Source: Candidatus Poribacteria bacterium | GTDB lineage: Bacteria; Poribacteria; WGA-4E; WGA-3G | Length of the DNA stretch: 64,000 nucleotides | Direction of reading: 5' to 3' | Assembly: GCA_965215265.1 (NCBI GenBank) | Contig: OZ244048.1 | Coordinates: forward strand, 1,472,001-1,536,000 | Shown: piece by piece, positions 1-7,882 of the stretch | How positions within the stretch are numbered: the stretch's first letter is position 1 | Layout of the letters: each line of letters begins with the position of its first letter | Made by a program: the position numbers and the translations under genes | The notes under the pieces: generated by a model | What the model was told of the DNA's origin: nothing | The model's input: the letters and a program-made list of their open reading frames with translations, nothing else | The model's database searches: none

Positions 1-1031
1 AGATGCGCGTCAAGATCGCATCCGACCTCAATTGCACTTGTAGTGAAAAGCAGGTATCCGTCATCGTTTTTTTCACAATCCTTTAGTTTACGGTAGACGT
101 TCTTGCGCCGTAGATTAGAAAGCCGCCCGTGGTAAAGAAAAATGTTGTCTCCACTGTACCGCTCTCTCATGTAGCGATAAACTGGAACAAGATCTTGAAC
201 GGTTTCAATCATGACGATAATTCGCTTATCTGCTTCGTAGCGCTGTGAAACGCGTGCACAGATTTCGTTCTGTACCTTTTCTCCTGGTTCCACAGTAATA
301 TGCTTAATCCGCTTATCAGGATATTGCCGGTTCTGCTTTTTCCGTTGCCAATTTTCCAATTTTAATTGATTATCGCTTGTGGTATAGTCAACGGTATCCA
401 AGAAATTCAATTTTGCTTGGTATGTATCAGGCATTGTCGCTGTCATAACAACCATATCAAGATTTACTTTGTAAAGTGCCTTGATAAGACGTTCAAAGTT
501 AACAAAGGCAACATTATCATAAGAGTGGGCTTCGTCAAAACAAAAGAGATTCCGTCGTTGACTGTGCTGGATGCGAAACGGGTAAATATAAGACTTTCTC
601 GGTTCCCCAAATCCGAAAAAGCGGTACAGAAATTTGTCAAAAGTGGTAATGATGACATCGCCATCATAGAGATGCCTTTTTCCTCTTTCTAACATTTTTC
701 CTTCTCTAAAGACAGTACGCGTTGATTGCGCGCCTGTATCAACGACAAGTGCATAAGAATTGTCTAAAACCGTTGACATTTGCTTAAGGTACTTTTGACA
801 CCGGTCGATCTGGTCATCAACAAGACTCCGAGAAGGAAAAATAAGGAAAAGCCGCCGGCCTGACGTAAGGCTAGGGATAAGCACAGCCTCCGTTTTTCCG
901 CTGCCTGTAGGTGCCTTAAGCAAAAGCGCGGGATTGGAATTTTCGGTAGCAATGTGCGTGAAAAGAGTTTCTTGCATGGGATTTGGATTGTGCTTTGCCA
1001 ATTTTTGGTATGCCGCTAATACGTTTTGCAT
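1..1031 (-). CDS. cas3: Second Cas3' SF2 helicase (no N-terminal HD domain), 3' end off the window edge; absent from ORF track
   Basis: Manual translation from ATG at 1031 (SD GAAAGGAGGTGA): MQNVLAAYQKL...LKAPTGSGKTEA (Walker A)...FPSRSLVDDQ (Ia)...ITTFDKF (Ib)...FDEAHSY (II)...MTATMP (III)...LYHGRL...TTSAIEVGCDLD (V). Frame stays open to position 1. Confidence 0.9.
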   Translation of the reverse strand, partial: MQNVLAAYQKLAKHNPNPMQETLFTHIATENSNPALLLKAPTGSGKTEAVLIPSLTSGRRLFLIFPSRSLVDDQIDRCQKYLKQMSTVLDNSYALVVDTGAQSTRTVFREGKMLERGKRHLYDGDVIITTFDKFLYRFFGFGEPRKSYIYPFRIQHSQRRNLFCFDEAHSYDNVAFVNFERLIKALYKVNLDMVVMTATMPDTYQAKLNFLDTVDYTTSDNQLKLENWQRKKQNRQYPDKRIKHITVEPGEKVQNEICARVSQRYEADKRIIVMIETVQDLVPVYRYMRERYSGDNIFLYHGRLSNLRRKNVYRKLKDCEKNDDGYLLFTTSAIEVGCDLDAH

Positions 1032-1807
1032 AAGATCACCTCCTTTCGCTGACATTCGGTATAGGTATGAGCCTTCACAATAATTTCACGGAGTAGTCTC
1101 TGCCCTTCTGTAGGTTTGTCATTTTTCAGAGCGTTCCGTATTTTATTTTTGTGTTTCTCAGGTACGTTGAATTCATAATACTCAAGTGCTAGGCAGATCT
1201 CTTGGGGCCCAAAAGGATAGGGGCTCACTTCAATTGTCTTATCGTTACGCCGCCGTGAGTGGAAATCCATAAAGACACGCGGTTGTACACCATCTGTAAA
1301 GGCATAAGTTTCAAGTTCAGCCTCGATCTGATCGCACATCTCTAAAATGTAGAGATCTATGGGAAAATTTTCTACTTCAGTCTGAGAAAACTGTTTCAAG
1401 GTGCTGAGCTGCGCTTGTGCCTTGGCAATACCTTCAACCGAAAATTCGTGATGTAACCGGATAAGCTGCTCAACGTACCGATTTACGTCGAAAACTCTGA
1501 ACCGATGTCCTGCAAAAGAGTAGCCAAGTGATTTGATTGCGTCATGCTTCGAGCTGCGATAGGTTACGCGAAACGTTTCCGGCTTCGCGGCATCATGTTT
1601 ACAGGCAGCACGTATCAGGAATTCTCTGGTTATGTGACAGTTTCGGTTAAAGTTTGAATAAAAATCTCGTCGAAAATTTTCCACTAAGCAGACGACGTTT
1701 GCAACGTGGCTCTCTAAAGTGAGAACAGTCACCTTCTTTACATCCGGTCCGCTTTCCGGTTCAAAAAAAACGCGTCCAACATGAACGAAATCTATGTTAT
1801 GAGCCAC
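1016..1807 (-). CDS. Stand-alone Cas3''-type HD nuclease (about 263 aa)
   Basis: Ordered HD-domain ligands ESHV, KHDAAK, FAGHRF, RLHHEF, MCDQIEAE. Likely GTG start at 1807 after GGAGG, 1 nt past the cas5 stop; overlaps the cas3' start. Confidence 0.75.
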   Translation of the reverse strand: MAHNIDFVHVGRVFFEPESGPDVKKVTVLTLESHVANVVCLVENFRRDFYSNFNRNCHITREFLIRAACKHDAAKPETFRVTYRSSKHDAIKSLGYSFAGHRFRVFDVNRYVEQLIRLHHEFSVEGIAKAQAQLSTLKQFSQTEVENFPIDLYILEMCDQIEAELETYAFTDGVQPRVFMDFHSRRRNDKTIEVSPYPFGPQEICLALEYYEFNVPEKHKNKIRNALKNDKPTEGQRLLREIIVKAHTYTECQRKEVILCKTY

Positions 1808-1808
1808 T

Positions 1809-2582
1809 TTATCTGCCTCCTTGTAATTCATCAATGAACGGTTTCGGAATGTGCACGTTCCCATCTGTATAGTAATCTAGTTCAATCTCGGTATGAACCC
1901 TTCCGGCAACAAAAGGAATGAACCCGTTAATAGCACTCGGTTGCGGTTCCTCGAGATTTGTGCTTGGAGATGCCTGCCATTTCCAGTCATAGCGATAGAG
2001 TGGAAACGCTTCGCACGGTTTCCCTACGAGTTGCTTTCCCGGTAGCAATGTATCGGGTAAGGCAGTTTGGCGTTCCAATTTGAGTTGAATTGGCGGTGAA
2101 ATCTTATCGACAAAGGCGTATCCCTCTTTTCCAATTTTACACCCAAAGTTTTCAATACTTTCCAATTGCTTTAGGAGGTGGTTGTCTTCTGAAACGACAT
2201 ACCCGATGAGTTCCTCTGTAAAGAGGTACTCCCACGTATGTAGTTGATAAACCTGTTTTGAGTTTTGATAACGATGAATTCGTGAGAAAGCGTTATGCTT
2301 AAAATCTCTGATGCCTTGCCGTTTTGTTGTATGAATGCGATGTGTACCACGCTTTGGATATGCCCCGAGCGTGCAGAGCTGCGGCGGCAAGGTGTAGTAA
2401 TTAGGATTTTTGACGGCGGTTTCGGGCAAATGCCCGGCCTCCAGCAGCTTAAGGCGGCGAAGGAAGCCGGACATCGTTGTGGGCGGCAGAAACGGATATG
2501 TACTGATATGCAGGATGGAGGATGGCATTCTACGAAATGTCAGGCCTGATGTCGGTTTAATCGTCAGCTGGAGCATCCACAT
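1809..2582 (-). CDS. cas5: Cas5-family RAMP protein of the second module (about 257 aa)
   Basis: N-terminal Cas5 signature STYPFLPPTTMSGFLRRL and G-rich loop GCKIGKEG; follows the Cas7-like gene; ATG at 2582 with GGAGGGG SD. Confidence 0.75.
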   Translation of the reverse strand: MWMLQLTIKPTSGLTFRRMPSSILHISTYPFLPPTTMSGFLRRLKLLEAGHLPETAVKNPNYYTLPPQLCTLGAYPKRGTHRIHTTKRQGIRDFKHNAFSRIHRYQNSKQVYQLHTWEYLFTEELIGYVVSEDNHLLKQLESIENFGCKIGKEGYAFVDKISPPIQLKLERQTALPDTLLPGKQLVGKPCEAFPLYRYDWKWQASPSTNLEEPQPSAINGFIPFVAGRVHTEIELDYYTDGNVHIPKPFIDELQGGR

Positions 2583-3540
2583 TTTCAAGCCCCTCCGTTT
2601 CAAACTGAACTAGATATTTGGACATTTTTGCAATAGCAGCATCGCCGATGTATCTATGAAAACTACCACGAACCAACCTATTAGCAGGTTGTTGCTCGTG
2701 CCCACCGATTGAAAAAGCGGCCTTTTTGAACTGGGCTTTTGCCTCGTCAACGTCTGTAATCGTTGGTGAAACGACCGGGCGTTTACCGAGGGGTGATAAA
2801 TATTTGTCAAAGACAATCCATGGTTCAGCAGCCTCGTTAACAAGCGGCGCGTCGTAGATTTTAACGCCTTTCGGATTTCCAGCGCCTAACCGTGCTAACG
2901 CGCCCATGAACGCGTAAGTCACTGCCGAAAATTCACTGTCTGTCATACTCAGACAGTGATTGTAGACCGGATAGAGTAGCCCCGGTTGGTTGTATTCCCG
3001 CTTGAAGGGCATCGGAGTCGGCGCTGCTCCTGGATCTTTCCTTATCATTGAAGGATGCATGGCGCGTTGTTTCTCCTCGGGGCCTAATGCCTGAATCGCG
3101 ACACCGCCGCTATGCGTCAAACGGCCAATCAACGTTGTTGCCGGACGTTTCTCAGTTTTTTTTGCATCATCAATTTCAACGTCAACTGCCGCCGGGATGA
3201 GCCCCCCAAAGACACGGCAGATTGGGCACTCTACCGTGCTACAGGTGTGAGGGATACCGCAGTTCCACTTATCACCCAGCAAACCGTTGCCGGTTGGTGC
3301 CCAAATTAGCACGCGCCGTTCAACTCCACGGCGTTTCGTTGGGGACAAGTAGCATTTTTCAACTTCAGTATCGTCCCCATTATTAGATGGGATGGTGACC
3401 GTTTCAACGATATTGACGTTGACCTGTGTCTCGTGTCCGAAGAAGAGCTCTTGGCCGCCTTCGAGAATTGCATAGATATCAAAATGGAATCGAGGGGTGT
3501 CGGCTTGGGTTCCTAACCCGGTTTTAACATGAGTTGCCAT
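2557..3540 (-). CDS. cas7: Divergent Cas7-family backbone protein of the second module (about 327 aa)
   Basis: CPICRVFGGL (CxxCxxFG) motif, downstream IGRL strand and C-terminal G-rich loop LGAGNPKG; typical size and position between large subunit and cas5; ATG 3540 with AAGGAG SD. Confidence 0.7.
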   Translation of the reverse strand: MATHVKTGLGTQADTPRFHFDIYAILEGGQELFFGHETQVNVNIVETVTIPSNNGDDTEVEKCYLSPTKRRGVERRVLIWAPTGNGLLGDKWNCGIPHTCSTVECPICRVFGGLIPAAVDVEIDDAKKTEKRPATTLIGRLTHSGGVAIQALGPEEKQRAMHPSMIRKDPGAAPTPMPFKREYNQPGLLYPVYNHCLSMTDSEFSAVTYAFMGALARLGAGNPKGVKIYDAPLVNEAAEPWIVFDKYLSPLGKRPVVSPTITDVDEAKAQFKKAAFSIGGHEQQPANRLVRGSFHRYIGDAAIAKMSKYLVQFETEGLENVDAPADD

Positions 3541-3556
3541 CTCGCTGATTCTCCTT

Positions 3557-4015
3557 TCAAGGTAGTTCGGGAAACTTTGCATAGAGGTTAAGCTTGAGTT
3601 GATAACATAACTTCCGCTGTTCAGCTTTGTTATACGTCGTAAATAACTCGGCATAAGCGTTCAGGATATCGTCAAAGTAAATAGACAACTGCTCTTGTCC
3701 TTTTTCATGAGGCTCCTCACGTTCAGAGAGATCCAACTTGAGTTTCTCTTTCAATAAGCGCTTTGCCTCGTCATAACAGAAATAGTTGTCGTCGTTGCGA
3801 AACATCTTGGCGCGGGTGCCACGGAGCGTTTCAGCAGCTTGATAATTAAAGAAACTGGGATTGACAACTTTCTCGATTAGTTTTTTAACTTCGCGTCGGA
3901 CTGTGTCAGAATCCTTCTCAGCTTCTCTGAGTTTCCTACGGACATAGTCACAATACGGATAAATCAACCCGGTGAGGGCAGCAACATCGCGATAAAGTGC
4001 TGCTTGTTTTGCCAT
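3557..4015 (-). CDS. Putative internally translated Cas11-like small subunit (152 aa) nested in the large subunit gene
   Basis: In-frame AAAAGGAGACAAACTC-ATG (MAKQAALYRDVAAL...) following a low-complexity linker (LEPSSLEPSSKGDKL). Confidence 0.65.
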   Translation of the reverse strand: MAKQAALYRDVAALTGLIYPYCDYVRRKLREAEKDSDTVRREVKKLIEKVVNPSFFNYQAAETLRGTRAKMFRNDDNYFCYDEAKRLLKEKLKLDLSEREEPHEKGQEQLSIYFDDILNAYAELFTTYNKAEQRKLCYQLKLNLYAKFPELP

Positions 4016-5767
4016 GAGTTTGTCTCCTTTTGAGGATGGTTCAAGTGAGGATGGTTCAAGTAAGGTACAGTGTTTTTCACGGAGTTCTTCAAGACTTCGT
4101 TTTTCACTGTAGAACCAATCTTGGATGGAATTTGCTTCGTTGGGTTCTGCGGTTATCAATGTGTAAATTGCAGAGATAACTTCGTTTCGCTGAATAAGCC
4201 GGATGGCTTGTCCTAGCCGAATATTAACTTTCTTATTCACGATGAGGGTAGGTGAAAAACTGTCCTTGAGATGGCTGAGCCAGACTAGGTGTCGTGTTTT
4301 CAACGGAATCTCCGATTCGCCGGCGAAAAGCGTAAACTGCATTTTTTCAATCGCCTCAGTTGGCAGAGTTTGCGCAACCCGCCAGAGGGCATACTGCACT
4401 TGCCCAATTTTCTCCGATACTGCGGTTAATCCACCTTGTCCACTTACAAAGTCTCGACAGTTAACCAGTAGATACCGCCCAGCTATCAGATTTAGTTCCC
4501 CGAGGGTGAGCATCCGGACATATTTCTCCGTAGATAACCACTGGTTGTCTTCACTGTTAGGTGACAACCGAACGATAATCGTGCCGGATGTCAATTTAAT
4601 CGGACAGACGAAGGCAATAGCTAAGCAATCTAGGCAAATAGGCGGTTGAGCTTGACTGCTTCCCGATTGTAACCTTTGCGACGAAGCAGAGAATACGAAT
4701 CGATTTGCCTCGCCTTTAAACCTTTTATCTTTCGAGGGTAATTGCCTGCCACAACTGTAGCAGTGATTTTTAGCGTTATCTCCAGCAATCCGCACTTGTC
4801 TTTGATATATTTCATCAATGGGTTCAAGTGGACAAGTTAAGGTATGCTCTGGTTCATTTAAAATATCAACAATTTTGTTCTCAATTTTTCCACCCTTTGC
4901 CCGGGGTTTGACTGTTCCATAAGAAAATTGGCATCTACCTATTCGAGTGAATTGCCGTGAGAGTCTAGCCGCTTCATCAAAACAGTGATTGTTGGCAGGT
5001 AATTCCCTGCGCAATCCGGTTAAAATTTGTTTCAGTTCTTCTCGATTGGTTTTCAAAGCAGCCTTTTTCTCTTCATCAGTTTTAGCTTTTTTATAGTTGT
5101 CCGGGTACAGGACAACTCTTTCATGGAGGGTTGCTATATAGAACGCAGCTTGCCAAAGTTTCATCGCTTCAGTTACCGATGGAAATTGAACGTAGCCAAA
5201 CCCTCTATTTGTCAGTTTCATGCTATTCACGAACAGCGTAAAAGACTTATACAACTCATCTTTTGAGTAAGCGAACTGAACGAACTGCTGCCATTCATCC
5301 TCAAGTTGAAAGTCTATCTTCGGAATAAACAGGGATACCGTCAGTTTATTTTCTGAAAGATAGGTGGCACACCTTTCCTGCTGTAAGAATGCCATAAACC
5401 TTTCAATTAGTGAGTCGTAAGCGATTTTGATTTGTGCCTCTTGCGGAAGTACAGCGCGAGAATAATTATAAATTTTCCCAATTGGCTCCTCCTTAAAAAG
5501 GATTGTGTCTTTCTGTTGAGAGAGCCAATTGATTGGGTTAGGTCCTCGTTTATCGTCCGGCGATGAGTGTCTGAGTAGCTGTTCAGCGTGTCGTAGGGTG
5601 CGCAAGGCATCCATATCGCCCCACCACTGTTTGAGGAGCTGATATTCGTCGGAACGATAATAGTAGACAAATGCCTCGAGCTCGTCGTAAGGTTGATTTG
5701 TCTTCATCGCAGCAGCGAAATGCGCCGCCAAGATCTTAGGCTTGTGTTGTGGCTTAATATTAACCAT
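3557..5767 (-). CDS. Unclassified Cas8/Cas10d-like large subunit (about 736 aa) with Zn finger, no HD motif
   Basis: Central CYSC...CLDC Zn finger, probably helical C-terminal domain, first gene of a cas7-cas5-HD-cas3 block; ATG 5767 with AAGGAG SD, 10 nt after the csc1 stop. Family assignment is contextual. Confidence 0.65.
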   Translation of the reverse strand: MVNIKPQHKPKILAAHFAAAMKTNQPYDELEAFVYYYRSDEYQLLKQWWGDMDALRTLRHAEQLLRHSSPDDKRGPNPINWLSQQKDTILFKEEPIGKIYNYSRAVLPQEAQIKIAYDSLIERFMAFLQQERCATYLSENKLTVSLFIPKIDFQLEDEWQQFVQFAYSKDELYKSFTLFVNSMKLTNRGFGYVQFPSVTEAMKLWQAAFYIATLHERVVLYPDNYKKAKTDEEKKAALKTNREELKQILTGLRRELPANNHCFDEAARLSRQFTRIGRCQFSYGTVKPRAKGGKIENKIVDILNEPEHTLTCPLEPIDEIYQRQVRIAGDNAKNHCYSCGRQLPSKDKRFKGEANRFVFSASSQRLQSGSSQAQPPICLDCLAIAFVCPIKLTSGTIIVRLSPNSEDNQWLSTEKYVRMLTLGELNLIAGRYLLVNCRDFVSGQGGLTAVSEKIGQVQYALWRVAQTLPTEAIEKMQFTLFAGESEIPLKTRHLVWLSHLKDSFSPTLIVNKKVNIRLGQAIRLIQRNEVISAIYTLITAEPNEANSIQDWFYSEKRSLEELREKHCTLLEPSSLEPSSKGDKLMAKQAALYRDVAALTGLIYPYCDYVRRKLREAEKDSDTVRREVKKLIEKVVNPSFFNYQAAETLRGTRAKMFRNDDNYFCYDEAKRLLKEKLKLDLSEREEPHEKGQEQLSIYFDDILNAYAELFTTYNKAEQRKLCYQLKLNLYAKFPELP
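4031..4060. repeat. Perfect 15-nt tandem duplication (LEPSS x2)
   Basis: tgaggatggttcaag twice in succession. Confidence 0.95.
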
Positions 5768-5777
5768 GGGCTTCTCC

Positions 5778-6437
5778 TTATGTTGTTTCGCTTGCAAAGT
5801 AAGCCATTGATGTGGGGAATTGGACATCATCAAATTCAATGTATTCTCCGGTGAACCTTGCATTTTGCAGCAGGCTGACCGGGGGCATCGAAATTAAATC
5901 GTATAGCTCTGGCAGCACAGAGAGGTCTATTGGATTCAAGAGGTGAGTGCATGTGAAGGTGCCGTGTTTAGGTGTTAAGTGATGCTTGACAGCCTCAACT
6001 TCAATGTGTGCTTTGCTCATCCACAATCCCAACCTTATCCATTTGGGGAGTTTATAGGGTAGGTTGCCGAAAAGATAAAAGACGAACTCGCTTTCTTGAG
6101 CAAGTTCCTTGGTTTTTCCATAGGACGGTTTATTGGTACGATTCGGTGCAGCAAAAGCTCGGTGCCGGTTATCGGCGAATTTAAACGTGTTAATTACATA
6201 ATCACATTGGATAGGATTGGCAGGCGTAATGTAAACGCCTGCCTCGTTAATGGGTTTGAGATCATCCTGATACGTTGGTACACTATCAGCACAATAGTAG
6301 GGCTTTTGGATGAATCCAAGTGCGTACGTCAAGGCCCAGTTATGGATGACCTTTTCGGTTTCGTAGAGCCGTCCCATTTCACGCGTCGCATAATAGAGCG
6401 AATCATGTAAAGTGAGTCGGCATTTTGCAATTTGCAT
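5778..6437 (-). CDS. csc1: Type I-D Cas5 (Csc1)
   Basis: LTLHDSLYYATREMGRLYETEKVIHNWALTYALG and LPKWIRLGLWMSKA are characteristic of Csc1. Confidence 0.93.
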   Translation of the reverse strand: MQIAKCRLTLHDSLYYATREMGRLYETEKVIHNWALTYALGFIQKPYYCADSVPTYQDDLKPINEAGVYITPANPIQCDYVINTFKFADNRHRAFAAPNRTNKPSYGKTKELAQESEFVFYLFGNLPYKLPKWIRLGLWMSKAHIEVEAVKHHLTPKHGTFTCTHLLNPIDLSVLPELYDLISMPPVSLLQNARFTGEYIEFDDVQFPTSMAYFASETT

Positions 6438-6453
6438 GGATGCCTCCTACGGT

Positions 6454-7470
6454 TTACCTTTTCTTGGCTTGCTTTTGCTTTTGAATCACCCGTTGGGAAT
6501 ATTCAGAGGTTTCTCTGTTAGCTTCCTCAAGAAAAGTTCGAAGTTTAACCTCATCAGTTGTCACAGTTTTGACACAGTTAATCAAGGTTTGAAGGTTATC
6601 ACCGTGGATATGCTGAAAAATAACGTCGTCATCGTCGAGCAGAGGTGGTATCACATTTTCAGTAGTTGCAATAACCGTCCCCGGATCCAACGGCGTTTTT
6701 TCTAATTTTCTGGCCTCGTCGAGTGCGTCGTAAATAGCCTGCGTTAGTTTGAGATTGGAGAAGATTTCTCCGTCGGCAAAAACAATTCCGACAATATGAT
6801 TTGCGAGTCGCCCTGTGCGTGTTGTCTGCGCACCGTAGCGTTTGGTTCTTAACAAATTATTAAGAACGTACGCGAAACTGTTGAGGGTTACGTCCTTAAT
6901 TGTAAGGATGGACGGAAAGTAGACTTGTGGGACGATATGGTCTTGTTCGCCAAAGCTCGATCGTACTTGCCCGTGCTGGCTCATATTTCCCTTTTCAAAC
7001 AACGCGTTAAACGAAAATTGCTGATGTGATTCATCGTAACCGCCGATGGAATAAGCAGTATCGACATAGACTTTTGACTTCTCCGCGCCAGAATCCCCGA
7101 TAGCGAATCCGTAGTATACACAATCGGGACAACTCTGGCAGAAGTGCTCATTGTAATCACAGTATTTCGGTTCTGCTTTGTCATCGTGATTTTGCGTAAT
7201 CCCGGTCCGTCGGAGGAGTTCCCTGCCGGTTAGCCGTTCGGGTGAAGTCTGTTTGCGTTTAAACATGGCGATGCGAATCAAGGATTCTGTCTGCTGCAAA
7301 CCGCGCTTGACATTGGCGATGTTGAGTGTGCCATCTGTCTGGAAGACAGGATATGATTCGGTTTCTCTAATCAGTAAGATGTGTGCATATCGCCCTTCGG
7401 GTGCCTTAGGTACTGTATCCAAAAAACTGTTTTCATGGACGATATCTTGGGGGATCTCAATTATTGACAT
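6454..7470 (-). CDS. csc2: Type I-D Cas7 (Csc2)
   Basis: MFKRKQTSPERLTGRELLR, CPDCVYYGFA and RYGAQTTRTG motifs; ATG 7470 with GAGGAG SD. Confidence 0.95.
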   Translation of the reverse strand: MSIIEIPQDIVHENSFLDTVPKAPEGRYAHILLIRETESYPVFQTDGTLNIANVKRGLQQTESLIRIAMFKRKQTSPERLTGRELLRRTGITQNHDDKAEPKYCDYNEHFCQSCPDCVYYGFAIGDSGAEKSKVYVDTAYSIGGYDESHQQFSFNALFEKGNMSQHGQVRSSFGEQDHIVPQVYFPSILTIKDVTLNSFAYVLNNLLRTKRYGAQTTRTGRLANHIVGIVFADGEIFSNLKLTQAIYDALDEARKLEKTPLDPGTVIATTENVIPPLLDDDDVIFQHIHGDNLQTLINCVKTVTTDEVKLRTFLEEANRETSEYSQRVIQKQKQAKKR

Positions 7471-7882
7471 CAGTAGTCTCCTCATTTTTGTCGTTTTGGA
7501 ATTGTCTCCAATTTGCTTGATACCATGCGTTGATACCAGCGTTTAGACGGTTGCGTCGGCTGCGTAAGATTGCCCGTTGCCCGTCGCATTGATTCATAAA
7601 GACTTGTTGATAGAAATAGTCAACGAGCGTTTGAATTGCCTCTGGTTCATCTCGTCGGTGCAAGCGTGCATATCCTTGTGCACGACTACTTCTGACCCGT
7701 TGCATTAGGTTGTGAATCTCACCCCGAACCTGCCAATTGAGGTCAATCGGATCTATGGCTGATTCGCTGTTGATAATAACATCTTCTACCAAGCTGATTA
7801 CTTTCAGGACACTATTGGGAGCGAAAGAATCAGGTCCGTAAAACTTGAAGCACAGTTGTGCAATGCCTTCAATCAGACTCAT
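7457..7882 (-). CDS. cas11d: Internally translated Cas11d small subunit (141 aa)
   Basis: In-frame GGAGGTAACAAA-ATG (MSLIEGIAQL...). Internal Cas11d translation from cas10d is established for type I-D. Confidence 0.8.
   Translation of the reverse strand: MSLIEGIAQLCFKFYGPDSFAPNSVLKVISLVEDVIINSESAIDPIDLNWQVRGEIHNLMQRVRSSRAQGYARLHRRDEPEAIQTLVDYFYQQVFMNQCDGQRAILRSRRNRLNAGINAWYQANWRQFQNDKNEETTDVNN

Noticed and set aside
693-1015. Apparent gap or CRISPR leader after the HD gene, and ORFs 366-692(+), 464-667(-), 764-952(-)
   Set aside because: The whole stretch is the coding sequence of the second cas3' in another frame.
1-5767. Second module as CRISPR-associated transposon or type IV system
   Set aside because: It has an apparently intact HD nuclease and a Cas3 helicase; no tns/tniQ, dinG or cysH genes are in the window.
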